Shown here in pieces: positions 44,604-52,614 of a stretch of 62,883 bases of DNA (position 1 is the first letter of the stretch; each line of letters opens with the position of its first letter). The position numbers and the translations under genes were made by a program. This stretch comes from a virus. Below the pieces are notes generated by a model, which had not been told where the DNA came from, ran no database searches, and saw only the letters and a program-made list of their open reading frames with translations. The DNA is taken from positions 1 to 62,883 of the IMG/VR virus record IMGVR_UViG_3300007640_000006; one strand, 5' to 3'.

Positions 44604-46216
44604 GTGCGCCAGTCAGGTGCTGGGGCTTCTGTGTACGACTGCCGGCCCTGGTGTCCGAGCATGTCCAGTTCTTTGGCCTGCGCCCACTGACGAAAGGCGT
44701 CGGCGCCCTCGCTGCAGCCGTTGGCCTTGTTCGGTGCGTTGTCGAGAAAGCGGTTTTCGGAGCGGCTGAACTTCTTGCGGTAGTTGTCCAGGCGGTTGAT
44801 GCCGTCGGCACAGGCCACTTCGTCGATGAAGCAGCCCTTCATGTGCTTGCGGGTCTGCTGGATGCCGGTAATCAGTTCAGTGATGCGCGGCACGATGACG
44901 AACGTGTGCCCGGGCAGCAGATCCTCGAGCATTTCCAACACGCTGCGGTTGTAGTCGCCCAGGCGCTTGTGCGCGGCGTCATGCGGTAGGTAGTGGGTGC
45001 CGTACAGATAGCCGCGGTCCTTCAGTTCCTGCGCGTAGTGGCGCAGATCCTTGCCGTGCTCTTCGTAGTAGTCGACGAATCGATCCTCGCCGCGCAGTTC
45101 CTGCTGGAACCACACAGCGCAGCCGTCGCTGTTGCCGATATCCCAGAAGGTGTTCACCGGCACGTCGAGCACAGGCACGCGAGTGATCCCGCCGCGCTTG
45201 CGCATGGCCTGCATGTCCTCGGCGTAGTAGTTGCCCTCGGTGCTGATCTGGAAGGCTTCATCGGGCGTGCCAGGGTATTCCTGCCACATCCGCTCTTCCT
45301 TGCCGGCGAAGTCGGCCTGCTTGGTGGCCACGTACCAGGCGCGCTGGTCCGGGTCGATCTTGCAGTCCATCAGTGCTTCGAGCTTGTCGAAGTAAGCGTG
45401 CTGGCCGCGATCGACCGGCACCGTGACGCTCGGCAGCCGATAGTTCGGCTCCTGCCACCAGGCGTAGAAGTGGAAGCGGTAATCCTTGGGCGTGAGGGGC
45501 TTCTTGTCCCGGTAGTTCTTCTGGGCGATCTGCACCATGTTGAAGAACTCGCCTTCGCGCCCTTCCGCCGTGCTCTCGATCACCAACACGCCATTGGTTG
45601 GCACGGCCGGTATCGAACCGGTGACCACTTCCTGCGCCTTGTCCGGGTACTTGGCGCAGATTTTCCCGAACTCGGAGACGTGCAGGCGGTGGATGGTGCC
45701 AGAGCGCATCGAGGTCGCCACACGCACAGAACTGTTGTTGTGCGCGAAAAGCAGCTCGACCGCGCTATCCCTGGCCAGCGGAAAGCGCTCACGGATCTCG
45801 TCCGGAAGGTTCTCGTAGGCGAATTTCACCTTGTCGCGGAATATCGTCTCGGCCGCCTCGCGATCCTGAGCGATGATGCCGCAGCGCTGGTTGGCGTTGA
45901 ACAGCGCGTGATCCAGCCACAGGATGGCGATCAGTGTCGTGAAGCCGAGTTGGCGTGCCTTCAGGATCAGGTTGCGATGCCACAGCCGCTTCAGGAACCG
46001 CTTCTGCGCCCGGTTCGGCTTGAACGGCATCACGAACGACTCGCCTTCCTCGACGATGTTGCCGAGCTCGTCGACTTTGTCGTCGCCCTTCACCATGATT
46101 TTGTACAGGCAGCCAGAGAACAGGCGCCATTCAGGGTCAGCCAGGCAGCGCGCCAATTCCTCTGCATTGGTCGGCAGAGGCTGCAGTGGCGTGTCGTGCG
46201 TCACTCGCATGGCCAT
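44600..46216 (-). CDS. terL: Terminase large subunit
   Basis: Walker A-like LILKARQLGFTT and Walker B-like IHRLHVSEF, with a C-terminal nuclease-sized half. GAGGA RBS. Confidence 0.9.
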   Translation of the reverse strand: MAMRVTHDTPLQPLPTNAEELARCLADPEWRLFSGCLYKIMVKGDDKVDELGNIVEEGESFVMPFKPNRAQKRFLKRLWHRNLILKARQLGFTTLIAILWLDHALFNANQRCGIIAQDREAAETIFRDKVKFAYENLPDEIRERFPLARDSAVELLFAHNNSSVRVATSMRSGTIHRLHVSEFGKICAKYPDKAQEVVTGSIPAVPTNGVLVIESTAEGREGEFFNMVQIAQKNYRDKKPLTPKDYRFHFYAWWQEPNYRLPSVTVPVDRGQHAYFDKLEALMDCKIDPDQRAWYVATKQADFAGKEERMWQEYPGTPDEAFQISTEGNYYAEDMQAMRKRGGITRVPVLDVPVNTFWDIGNSDGCAVWFQQELRGEDRFVDYYEEHGKDLRHYAQELKDRGYLYGTHYLPHDAAHKRLGDYNRSVLEMLEDLLPGHTFVIVPRITELITGIQQTRKHMKGCFIDEVACADGINRLDNYRKKFSRSENRFLDNAPNKANGCSEGADAFRQWAQAKELDMLGHQGRQSYTEAPAPDWRT

Positions 46217-46219
46217 AGG

Positions 46220-47068
46220 TCAGTCCTCGCCATGCTCAGGGTCGTGCGCCACTGTCTTGAACCCGTTCGAATTACCGCTGGCGATCGAGTGCAGGAGGCT
46301 GGCCAGCGGGTCGACGCGCTGCTGGTTGTCCTTCTCGTACAGGCCCAGGTGCTTGAACAGCTTCTCCATGGCCGCATCTTTCGAGTGCGTCATGATCTCG
46401 ATGCCGAACTTCGTCTGCTTCACGCCGGCATACAGCGACGCAGCACCAGGCGAAAGCTTGCGGGTGTCCTTCAGCACTACACGCGGGTAGCCGTGTCCAC
46501 CGCATTCCGGGCAACCAGGGAACGGATCACGGTTCGGATCGAAGCCAACGCCGCCGTCTTCTGGGAAATCCTCGGGTTCTTCGCCTTCGTCCACCCACAG
46601 CTTGTACGCATAGTCACGTTCGATCTGGGTGCGCTGGCGCATGTGCCCTTCGCCGTAGCAGTGACGGCAGCACACAACCACCAGCTCGGTCAGCTCGCGA
46701 GCATCGGCCGTGACCTGATTCCACGCCTCGCGCAGCACACGATCAGCAGTGATCTCGGTGCGCTGTTGCTGTTTCAGCCGCGCTTCAGCGATAGCCGCCT
46801 GGATATTAGGTTTCGTTAGGTTCTCGCATCCAACGACTGCAGCCGTCTTCTCGCTGTATCCAGCACGGATCGCTGCCTGCTTGGCGTTCAGGTCGACCAT
46901 GTACTCTTCGACGAATCGAACCTGCAGGGCTGTAAGCGCTACCTCAGCGTTATGCACCTTCACCGTATTGCGAGCACGCGCAGTCGAGCCGGTCGCCTTA
47001 TTCTTGGCTACCGGCTTCTTCACTGGCTTCTTGGGTGCGGGCTTGGCGCCCTTCTCTTTCGTGGTCAT
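46220..47068 (-). CDS. terS: Terminase small subunit (Terminase_2-like)
   Basis: FVEEYMVDLNAKQAAIRAGYSEKTAAVVGCENLTKPNIQAAI fits the HTH of small terminases. Cys pairs CCRHCYG...CPECGGHG lie in the C-terminal half. Confidence 0.85.
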   Translation of the reverse strand: MTTKEKGAKPAPKKPVKKPVAKNKATGSTARARNTVKVHNAEVALTALQVRFVEEYMVDLNAKQAAIRAGYSEKTAAVVGCENLTKPNIQAAIAEARLKQQQRTEITADRVLREAWNQVTADARELTELVVVCCRHCYGEGHMRQRTQIERDYAYKLWVDEGEEPEDFPEDGGVGFDPNRDPFPGCPECGGHGYPRVVLKDTRKLSPGAASLYAGVKQTKFGIEIMTHSKDAAMEKLFKHLGLYEKDNQQRVDPLASLLHSIASGNSNGFKTVAHDPEHGED

Positions 47069-47102
47069 GCCCGGAGTCTTTCCGGGTGATGGCAGGGTGT
47101 CG

Positions 47103-47120
47103 AACCCTACAGGGGGGCGC
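47103..47120 (-). promoter_or_regulatory. Late-operon conserved motif, copy 2 (GCGCCCCCCTGTAGGGTT)
   Basis: Lies between the terminator at 47154-47180 and the terS ATG (34 nt upstream). Confidence 0.55.
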
Positions 47121-47153
47121 AGGCTATGGCTGGCAAGGGTTTGGGCAGAGACA

Positions 47154-47180
47154 AGAAAGCCCGCACTCGGCGGGCTTTCT
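47154..47180 (-). terminator. Intrinsic terminator between the early-right and late genes (potentially bidirectional)
   Basis: AGAAAGCCCGC-loop-GCGGGCTTTCT 11-bp inverted repeat. Minus sense is followed by TGTCTCT and plus sense by CTGCATC. Confidence 0.6.
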
Positions 47181-47193
47181 CTGCATCGGTGGG

Positions 47194-47472
47194 TCAGGCG
47201 CTCGATCGCGCCCAGTGCAGCACCTGGTCATTCGTGCGGTTGAACACCATACCGGCACTGGCGATACGCATGTCGCTGCGCAATGCGGGGCTTTGCTTGC
47301 TCTCCAGGCTGCGAGGCTGCATCACCTCGGCCAGGTTGCGCTTGGCCTCGGCAGCATAGTGCTGGTCAGCGTAGGCCTTGAAGGCCAGGTGGTCGGCGGG
47401 TACCGGCGCAGCGAACACCAGGCCGCTGGACAGATACAGGATCGCGATAACGCACAGCAGGACTTTCTTCAT
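47194..47472 (-). CDS. Small secreted protein (92 aa)
   Basis: Internal ATG 47472. Signal peptide MKKVLLCVIAILYLSSGLVFA|AP. Flanked by motif copy 1 upstream and a terminator downstream. Confidence 0.6.
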   Translation of the reverse strand: MKKVLLCVIAILYLSSGLVFAAPVPADHLAFKAYADQHYAAEAKRNLAEVMQPRSLESKQSPALRSDMRIASAGMVFNRTNDQVLHWARSSA

Positions 47473-47540
47473 CTTCGGACGCCTCGACAGGTTGAGGTAG
47501 TTGGCAGTCCGAGTGTTTCGCTGGCATCCCTGCCAGTTCA

Positions 47541-47558
47541 AACCTTACAGGGGGTCGT
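47541..47558 (-). promoter_or_regulatory. Late-operon conserved motif, copy 1, most divergent (ACGACCCCCTGTAAGGTT)
   Basis: Overlaps the TAA of the upstream gene, 68 nt upstream of the ATG at 47472. Confidence 0.5.
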
Positions 47559-47913
47559 TCGGCGTGAAGGTCACATCGAACTCGCCCATCAGCGGCACCG
47601 CCTGACCGGCAGCCTGGCCATTGCCATACTGCAAATGCCGGCGCTCGGTGCGCTCTTCCGCGCGATCATCACCAGGGAAGTGCTTGGCGTTCATGTGCAT
47701 GTGGTTGCAGATGATGCCGGCCATCAAGCCAAGGGCAGCAGGATCTGCGTCGGGTACCAGGCAGGCAGTGCTCAGACTGCCGCCATCGATCTCGACTGAG
47801 AACAAGGCGACCGGATCATCACCCTGCTCGGATGACTGCAGCGCGTAGTGGACGACCATGGGGGTCATCTTCGCCTGCTGCTGGGTGTCAATTTCTTGGA
47901 TTGGATTGCTCAC
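47545..47913 (-). CDS. Hypothetical protein (122 aa)
   Basis: GTG 47913 with a GGAGG RBS 9 nt upstream. The track start 47973 lacks an RBS. Confidence 0.5.
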   Translation of the reverse strand: MSNPIQEIDTQQQAKMTPMVVHYALQSSEQGDDPVALFSVEIDGGSLSTACLVPDADPAALGLMAGIICNHMHMNAKHFPGDDRAEERTERRHLQYGNGQAAGQAVPLMGEFDVTFTPNDPL

Positions 47914-47984
47914 AGTGATTGCCTCCAGGGCATATTCGTTAAACCTGCACGGGCGATTTGCGCCCCTTCCCACCTAAAACTGAC

Positions 47985-48205
47985 CGTCACGCAAGCGTCA
48001 CAGCCGAAACGTCACATGTGACACCTAAGTGACGCCTTTCTGCGCCGCCTCCAGCTTGCGCTCTCGCCAACGTGCAGTCCGCTTAGCGCCTGGGCTGCGC
48101 TGCTTTTCTTGAGCCGCTACAGGTATGCCTTGCAGTTGCTCATGCGTCACACCAGGCGTCACATGTGTGACGCCTCCAAGCGTCACAACTCCATCCAATG
48201 TGACG
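47985..48205. repeat. CGTCAC/GTGACG hexamer array A: two clusters (4 + 5 copies) including perfect palindromes
   Basis: Copies start at 47985, 47996, 48010 and 48029(inv), then 48145, 48157, 48167(inv), 48181 and 48200(inv). A 12-bp palindrome GTCACATGTGAC lies at 48011-48022. A 20-bp palindrome GGCGTCACATGTGTGACGCC lies at 48155-48174. Confidence 0.85.
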
Positions 48206-48657
48206 CCCTGTAATGCCCCCCCAGCCGCCTTTCCGATAGTCCTTTCGAACCGATTAAGGCGCCCCTGAATCTCCCCGTTGAGCAATGCGGTTTGATGCCC
48301 TACTTCGATACTGGCGGCCTGCATCATTACCCCTGCCTGGATCCTGGCGAGCATGCGATCCTCGGCCGGCGTAAGGATAAGCACCTGATCGCCGATCTCC
48401 AGATTCACCGTTCCGTCCGGCAGCAGCGTCTTGCTCATGGGGCGCGCAGGTGGATGCTGTTCTGCCGGAACGAACACGCCCCTGCCGACCCGGACAATCA
48501 ACATTTCCTCAATGAGCGCCTTCAGCCGATCGTCGATGATCGACAGCTTCAGGCCGGTCAACTCATGCAGCGTTTCACGGGTAACGATCTGCTCCTGCTG
48601 GTGCAGGTCGCGCAGTGCGTCGAGTACGACCTGTGTCGATGATTTCTTCGCTGTCAT
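48025..48657 (-). CDS. Putative winged-helix DNA-binding protein (210 aa)
   Basis: N-terminus VLDALRDLHQQEQIVTRETLHELTGLKLSIIDDRLKALIEEMLIVRVGRGVFVP is wHTH-like. The C-terminus carries GVT/VT repeats imposed by hexamer array A. Confidence 0.55.
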   Translation of the reverse strand: MTAKKSSTQVVLDALRDLHQQEQIVTRETLHELTGLKLSIIDDRLKALIEEMLIVRVGRGVFVPAEQHPPARPMSKTLLPDGTVNLEIGDQVLILTPAEDRMLARIQAGVMMQAASIEVGHQTALLNGEIQGRLNRFERTIGKAAGGALQGVTLDGVVTLGGVTHVTPGVTHEQLQGIPVAAQEKQRSPGAKRTARWRERKLEAAQKGVT

Positions 48658-49106
48658 CGCTCGCTCTCCCCTGTCTCACGAATCAGCCCCTGCTCTCGCA
48701 GGATTCGCCATTGCTCGGCCGGCACTACGCGCTGGTTCTCTTGTGCAAGAGCCTGTTGCGCTTGTCTGGCGGCCAGCGCCTCGTCGACGATCAAGCCGAC
48801 ATGAGAGGCGGATGAAGTCCTGCTGCATGCCATCAGCGCGGCGCGCAGCCGCTTCTCATCCTCTATGCCTCTGATCAGTTGCTCTGCATTCGCTTTGGCC
48901 AACTCTCTGAACTGGTCGCGTTCGCCCTGCAGGACTGCGCACGCCTGGGAACACCGCTCCCAACGGGCATGCCCGTCACGGTGAATAGCGTCAATGCGGT
49001 CGTAGTCGCGGAGCAGCTCCCGCACGTCGTTGATATCGACCGTGACCCTGATCGACTGGCTTTCAGTCGCACCGCGCAGGCGCGTTAGTACATGATGGAA
49101 ACTCAT
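48654..49106 (-). CDS. Hypothetical protein (150 aa), candidate regulator by position
   Basis: ATG 49106 with a GGAGAA RBS, preceded by a 210-nt gap. No recognisable motif. Confidence 0.5.
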   Translation of the reverse strand: MSFHHVLTRLRGATESQSIRVTVDINDVRELLRDYDRIDAIHRDGHARWERCSQACAVLQGERDQFRELAKANAEQLIRGIEDEKRLRAALMACSRTSSASHVGLIVDEALAARQAQQALAQENQRVVPAEQWRILREQGLIRETGESER

Positions 49107-49316
49107 TTCCAATTCTCCACTGGCTCGCGCTCTGCGCTGTTTGCCCACTCGCTGCCGAAGACCTCCATAGGGCCGAAGCACGGCGGTTCGGATTTACTCT
49201 TGAAGCCGGCCAGCCAGTAGTAACCACTGTGCTGGGTGGCGCCGCAGTGGTCGCACTGCTGCTATGCGCCGAAACCTGGGGCGCTCTGGCGCCGGTATAG
49301 GTGCTGCCTCATGCCG

Positions 49317-49676
49317 TCACGCATAGTGAAATTTCAGGTACTTGCCTTTCGGCAGGGGAATCCAGATCCATCCGTAGTAGTCGTCGCCGGCTGGGCAGCC
49401 ACCGCTATGCTGGTCGATGTAGACATAACGGAACGCAGTGCCTGGCTCGTCCTGGCGCTCGCCGCCGTGCGTGTCCGTAAGCTCGAAGTCACACACGATG
49501 CTGTCGTCGCAGTAGTCAATGAACTGCTCAATGCTGGCCAGCTTTCGCGGGCTCACCAGCAGAGCGACCTGGGCCAGCACTTCGCGCCGGTTCTTCTCCA
49601 ACTCGGCGTAGTGCCTGGCCATTGCAGCCGCGTAGTCGGCTTCGATATCGGCCTCGGTTTTCGTCGGTTCAGACAT
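49317..49676 (-). CDS. Hypothetical nin-region protein (119 aa)
   Basis: Track ORF that overlaps the NinG stop by 8 nt. Confidence 0.55.
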   Translation of the reverse strand: MSEPTKTEADIEADYAAAMARHYAELEKNRREVLAQVALLVSPRKLASIEQFIDYCDDSIVCDFELTDTHGGERQDEPGTAFRYVYIDQHSGGCPAGDDYYGWIWIPLPKGKYLKFHYA

Positions 49677-50373
49677 GGCTGGCCTCCTGTTGCTTTTTCA
49701 GGTCGCGCAGCAGCGCCCGGTAATGCGCGGTGATCTGCTTGAGTTCGTCGATGGTGTATTTGCGTGGGCGGTGATCGGCTTCCAGCGCTTCCACTGCCGG
49801 CAGGCCGATACGCTCGATCAGGCCGGCACGGAAGCCGTTGCGCACCGACTCGCCCTTGCGCGCGTACTTGGCTGAGCCGCCGTTGCAGCCTTTGCACTGG
49901 AGCCAGATGTTGTTCTCTTCCAGGCGCAGTTCAGGCCTGGCACCTTTGCTCAGATAGTGGCCACCGTCCCAGGCGCCGCCTGTTTTCCAGCCTTGAGCGG
50001 CCTCGATCTCTGCCTGACTCTTGCCGCAACTGATGCAGCCGCTACCGATCGAAAGCTCATAAACCCGGCGGTACGCCTGCACCGCGCTGGTGGCCTCCTG
50101 AACGAAATCGCCATGGCTCTTCAGCTTCTCCCGGCGCTCGCCGATCTCGCGCCGCTCCCGCTGATCAATGGCCATGCGCGCCTTCTTCTGGTTGGCAGGC
50201 TGATCAGCGATCGCCAGGCCGCACTGCCAGCAGCAGACCTTCTGGCCGATCTTGGGCGTGAATTTCACGTCACAGGCCGGGTTGTCGCACTTGCGCTGGC
50301 GATGCTTGCGCTCAGCAATGCCGCTGGCCTTGGCCTTCAGTGGCGTCTTGCGCTTCAGCTCTGTTCTCTTCAC
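49669..50373 (-). CDS. ninG: NinG/Rap-like recombination endonuclease
   Basis: Basic N-terminus with CDNPAC...CCWQC. GCISCG...GHYLSKGARPELRLEENNIWLQCKGCN fits the lambda NinG pattern. Confidence 0.8.
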   Translation of the reverse strand: MKRTELKRKTPLKAKASGIAERKHRQRKCDNPACDVKFTPKIGQKVCCWQCGLAIADQPANQKKARMAIDQRERREIGERREKLKSHGDFVQEATSAVQAYRRVYELSIGSGCISCGKSQAEIEAAQGWKTGGAWDGGHYLSKGARPELRLEENNIWLQCKGCNGGSAKYARKGESVRNGFRAGLIERIGLPAVEALEADHRPRKYTIDELKQITAHYRALLRDLKKQQEASHV

Positions 50374-50585
50374 GCTGGCACCACTCCGAACATCGTCGCC
50401 TTCACAAGATCAAGCGATTGCTCTTCTGTAAAACCTTGTTGGACGTATGCCAGGTAGATAGCCCGGTTAACCTCTGCCACCAGCTGGTAGTGCTCGATAA
50501 CGACGGGCAAATTCCTGCGCAACGCCTCTACTGCACCCTTGATATCGTCTTGCTTGCTTGGTAGTTCGCGAATGTTGTCTGTCAC
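50370..50585 (-). CDS. Hypothetical protein (71 aa)
   Basis: The GTG start overlaps the upstream TGA. Confidence 0.5.
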   Translation of the reverse strand: MTDNIRELPSKQDDIKGAVEALRRNLPVVIEHYQLVAEVNRAIYLAYVQQGFTEEQSLDLVKATMFGVVPA

Positions 50586-50863
50586 GCTGGCACCTCGCTG
50601 GACTTCTCGCGCTCAGGGGTGAAGTCGCCGCGCAGCGGAATCAGGTGGCGCTCGGCGACGATGGCGCGCAGGCAATCCCGCTCGACCACCCACATGGGAT
50701 TGCGCAGGCGGTAAGTGACACCGTGCAAGGTGAACTCTTCCCCTCGCTCGCCGCGCGCCAGCAGTTCAAATTGGCTGCCAGCCTCGATAACTGGAGTGCC
50801 GCCGGCAAAGGCCAGCGTGCTACGGGTGGTAACGGCGATGTCGCCTGGTCTGAACTGGCTCAC
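50582..50863 (-). CDS. Hypothetical protein (93 aa)
   Basis: The GTG start overlaps the upstream TGA. Confidence 0.5.
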   Translation of the reverse strand: MSQFRPGDIAVTTRSTLAFAGGTPVIEAGSQFELLARGERGEEFTLHGVTYRLRNPMWVVERDCLRAIVAERHLIPLRGDFTPEREKSSEVPA

Positions 50864-51426
50864 TGCTCACGCTCCCCAGGCATCAGGCCGGTCATGTTCT
50901 CGATCGCTTCCTCGGTAAGGCCTGGCCAGTAGTTGGCGATCAGGTGCTGGCAGATGCCCCGCCAGAATTCCTTGAAGCGCTCTTCGGTCATGTAGTCGAA
51001 ACTGATCGACTCCGGTATCAGGCGCGTAACACGCCCCAGGTCTGGGATGTTGAACGCCTCATAGGTGCAGCACACGCCGGCGTCTAGCTGCAGTTTCTTG
51101 ATGGTGGTGTGGGCGTCGAGGCCCTGGAACTTGTCGACCTGCTCGGCGACCACCCGGCCGAGGGCGTGCACCAGCCTATGAAACTTAACGTTGCGCGCCT
51201 GCTTGATCTCGCAGCGCACCTGATCGTTAATCCGATACTCGCGCTCTTTGCACAGGAATCGGTCGATGCTGCTGTCGGCCACCAGGGCCTTTAGCACCTC
51301 ACCTGTTTCCTGATCGACTACGGCGCGCCAGCGCATGTATATCGGGCGCTGGGCACGCGCCTGGCGCTTCTTCTTGGCCTCTGGTGTCTCAGCCTTTGGT
51401 GTTGTGGCTGTGGCTGCCTTACCCAT
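50860..51426 (-). CDS. Hypothetical nin-region protein (188 aa), DUF1367-like resemblance
   Basis: Track ORF with a basic N-terminus. The family call is from memory only. Confidence 0.5.
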   Translation of the reverse strand: MGKAATATTPKAETPEAKKKRQARAQRPIYMRWRAVVDQETGEVLKALVADSSIDRFLCKEREYRINDQVRCEIKQARNVKFHRLVHALGRVVAEQVDKFQGLDAHTTIKKLQLDAGVCCTYEAFNIPDLGRVTRLIPESISFDYMTEERFKEFWRGICQHLIANYWPGLTEEAIENMTGLMPGEREQ

Positions 51427-51733
51427 GGCGCACCCCCTGCTGGTCTGTGTTCAGGGCCGGCTGGTCCCAGCCATAGGCACGGTTGAAGCACAGGGCGCAC
51501 ATGCGCATGTACGAGGCGCCGACGGCACTCACCGGCTCGACCTGGCCGCGAATGTCATAGAAGCGATCGCCAATCTTGGTGATGACGTGGTCGCTGTCGT
51601 ACCAGGGTTCGGCATCAGGGAATGCCTGTTTCAGCAGCAGATAGACCCTGAAACAGCCCCCATTCAGGCCGTAGCGGGACATATCCGGGTGCACGTCGCG
51701 CAGGGCAGCGAGGAATGCGAGTACGTCAGCCAT
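51419..51733 (-). CDS. Hypothetical protein (104 aa)
   Basis: ATG 51733 overlaps the upstream gene end (AATGGCTGA). Confidence 0.5.
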   Translation of the reverse strand: MADVLAFLAALRDVHPDMSRYGLNGGCFRVYLLLKQAFPDAEPWYDSDHVITKIGDRFYDIRGQVEPVSAVGASYMRMCALCFNRAYGWDQPALNTDQQGVRHG

Positions 51734-52064
51734 TGGCGCCACCCTCGGCCATCGCCCTGTCGATAGAGTGATCCACGTCCGACTGACGGAAGCGCACGCC
51801 AGTCATCCAGATCGGGGTACTCAGGTAGAAGGGATGTGCGTTTTCGCTCTTGTCGCGTAGCCACAGATAACGCTCTGAGTTCGCACGCAACCTGACGTTT
51901 TCTTCCAGCAGCGACAGGATCTCCTGAGGCTCGGTCAGACGCCGGTACTCTTCCTGCTGCGCGGGGAAAAGCGCGGCCTGCTCTTCGGTGAAGTCTTCGC
52001 CGTGCGCATCACGGAGCATGATCAACGCCAGTTCGTGCAGGCGCTTTTGCTGTTCTGCGTTCAC
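51726..52064 (-). CDS. Hypothetical protein (112 aa)
   Basis: GTG 52064 overlaps the upstream TGA, with an AGGAGG RBS 7 nt upstream. C-terminal RYLWLRDKS motif. Confidence 0.5.
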   Translation of the reverse strand: MNAEQQKRLHELALIMLRDAHGEDFTEEQAALFPAQQEEYRRLTEPQEILSLLEENVRLRANSERYLWLRDKSENAHPFYLSTPIWMTGVRFRQSDVDHSIDRAMAEGGANG

Positions 52065-52297
52065 TGGGTCACCTCCTGCACCAGGGCGATGATGCTTTCC
52101 ACGCCCTTGGCGAAGCTGGCGGGCTTGCACTGCATGCACTGACGTAAACGGTCGGCAAGTTGCGAGCGGCCATCCTGCAGCTCGAGCAGCAGGCGACCAT
52201 CACGCACGATATCCAGCGCGTGCTTGCGGCCTTCCAGCCAGCCGACGCGGTCGAAGTGGCCTTTCTGGGGGATTGGCAGATGGGTGAGCATGTTCAC
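52061..52297 (-). CDS. Hypothetical protein (78 aa)
   Basis: The GTG start overlaps the upstream TGA. Confidence 0.5.
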   Translation of the reverse strand: MNMLTHLPIPQKGHFDRVGWLEGRKHALDIVRDGRLLLELQDGRSQLADRLRQCMQCKPASFAKGVESIIALVQEVTQ

Positions 52298-52614
52298 TTG
52301 GCACCAGCCTTGCCGATCTCAGCAGCAGCTCGGACGCTTGCCATGCGACGAGCCTTATCCCGATCGCCGCTGTGCTTGCTGAATGCCTCAAAACACGCGA
52401 TACCATCGACGCGCTCGCTAAGCACACCAAACTCGGTAACGTCGATGCTGAGCCTGCACGCCACTTCAAGTCGCGCGCATTGCCCGTCGTCAGTCAGCGG
52501 AGTCCACGCGGATGCACCGTCAATGCTCGGCACATACCCCAACCCGCCATTAAGCCAACGCAGCCGGTATCCAGCACCGCGCGCGGCCTGTTCCGTCAGT
52601 TCAGTCACATTCAT
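52294..52614 (-). CDS. Hypothetical protein (106 aa)
   Basis: ATG 52614 shares one base with the upstream TGA (TGATG). Confidence 0.5.
   Translation of the reverse strand: MNVTELTEQAARGAGYRLRWLNGGLGYVPSIDGASAWTPLTDDGQCARLEVACRLSIDVTEFGVLSERVDGIACFEAFSKHSGDRDKARRMASVRAAAEIGKAGAK

Noticed and set aside
44993-46819. 608-aa plus-strand ORF antisense to terL/terS
   Set aside because: Shadow ORF in a high-GC region. The terminase motifs are on the minus strand.
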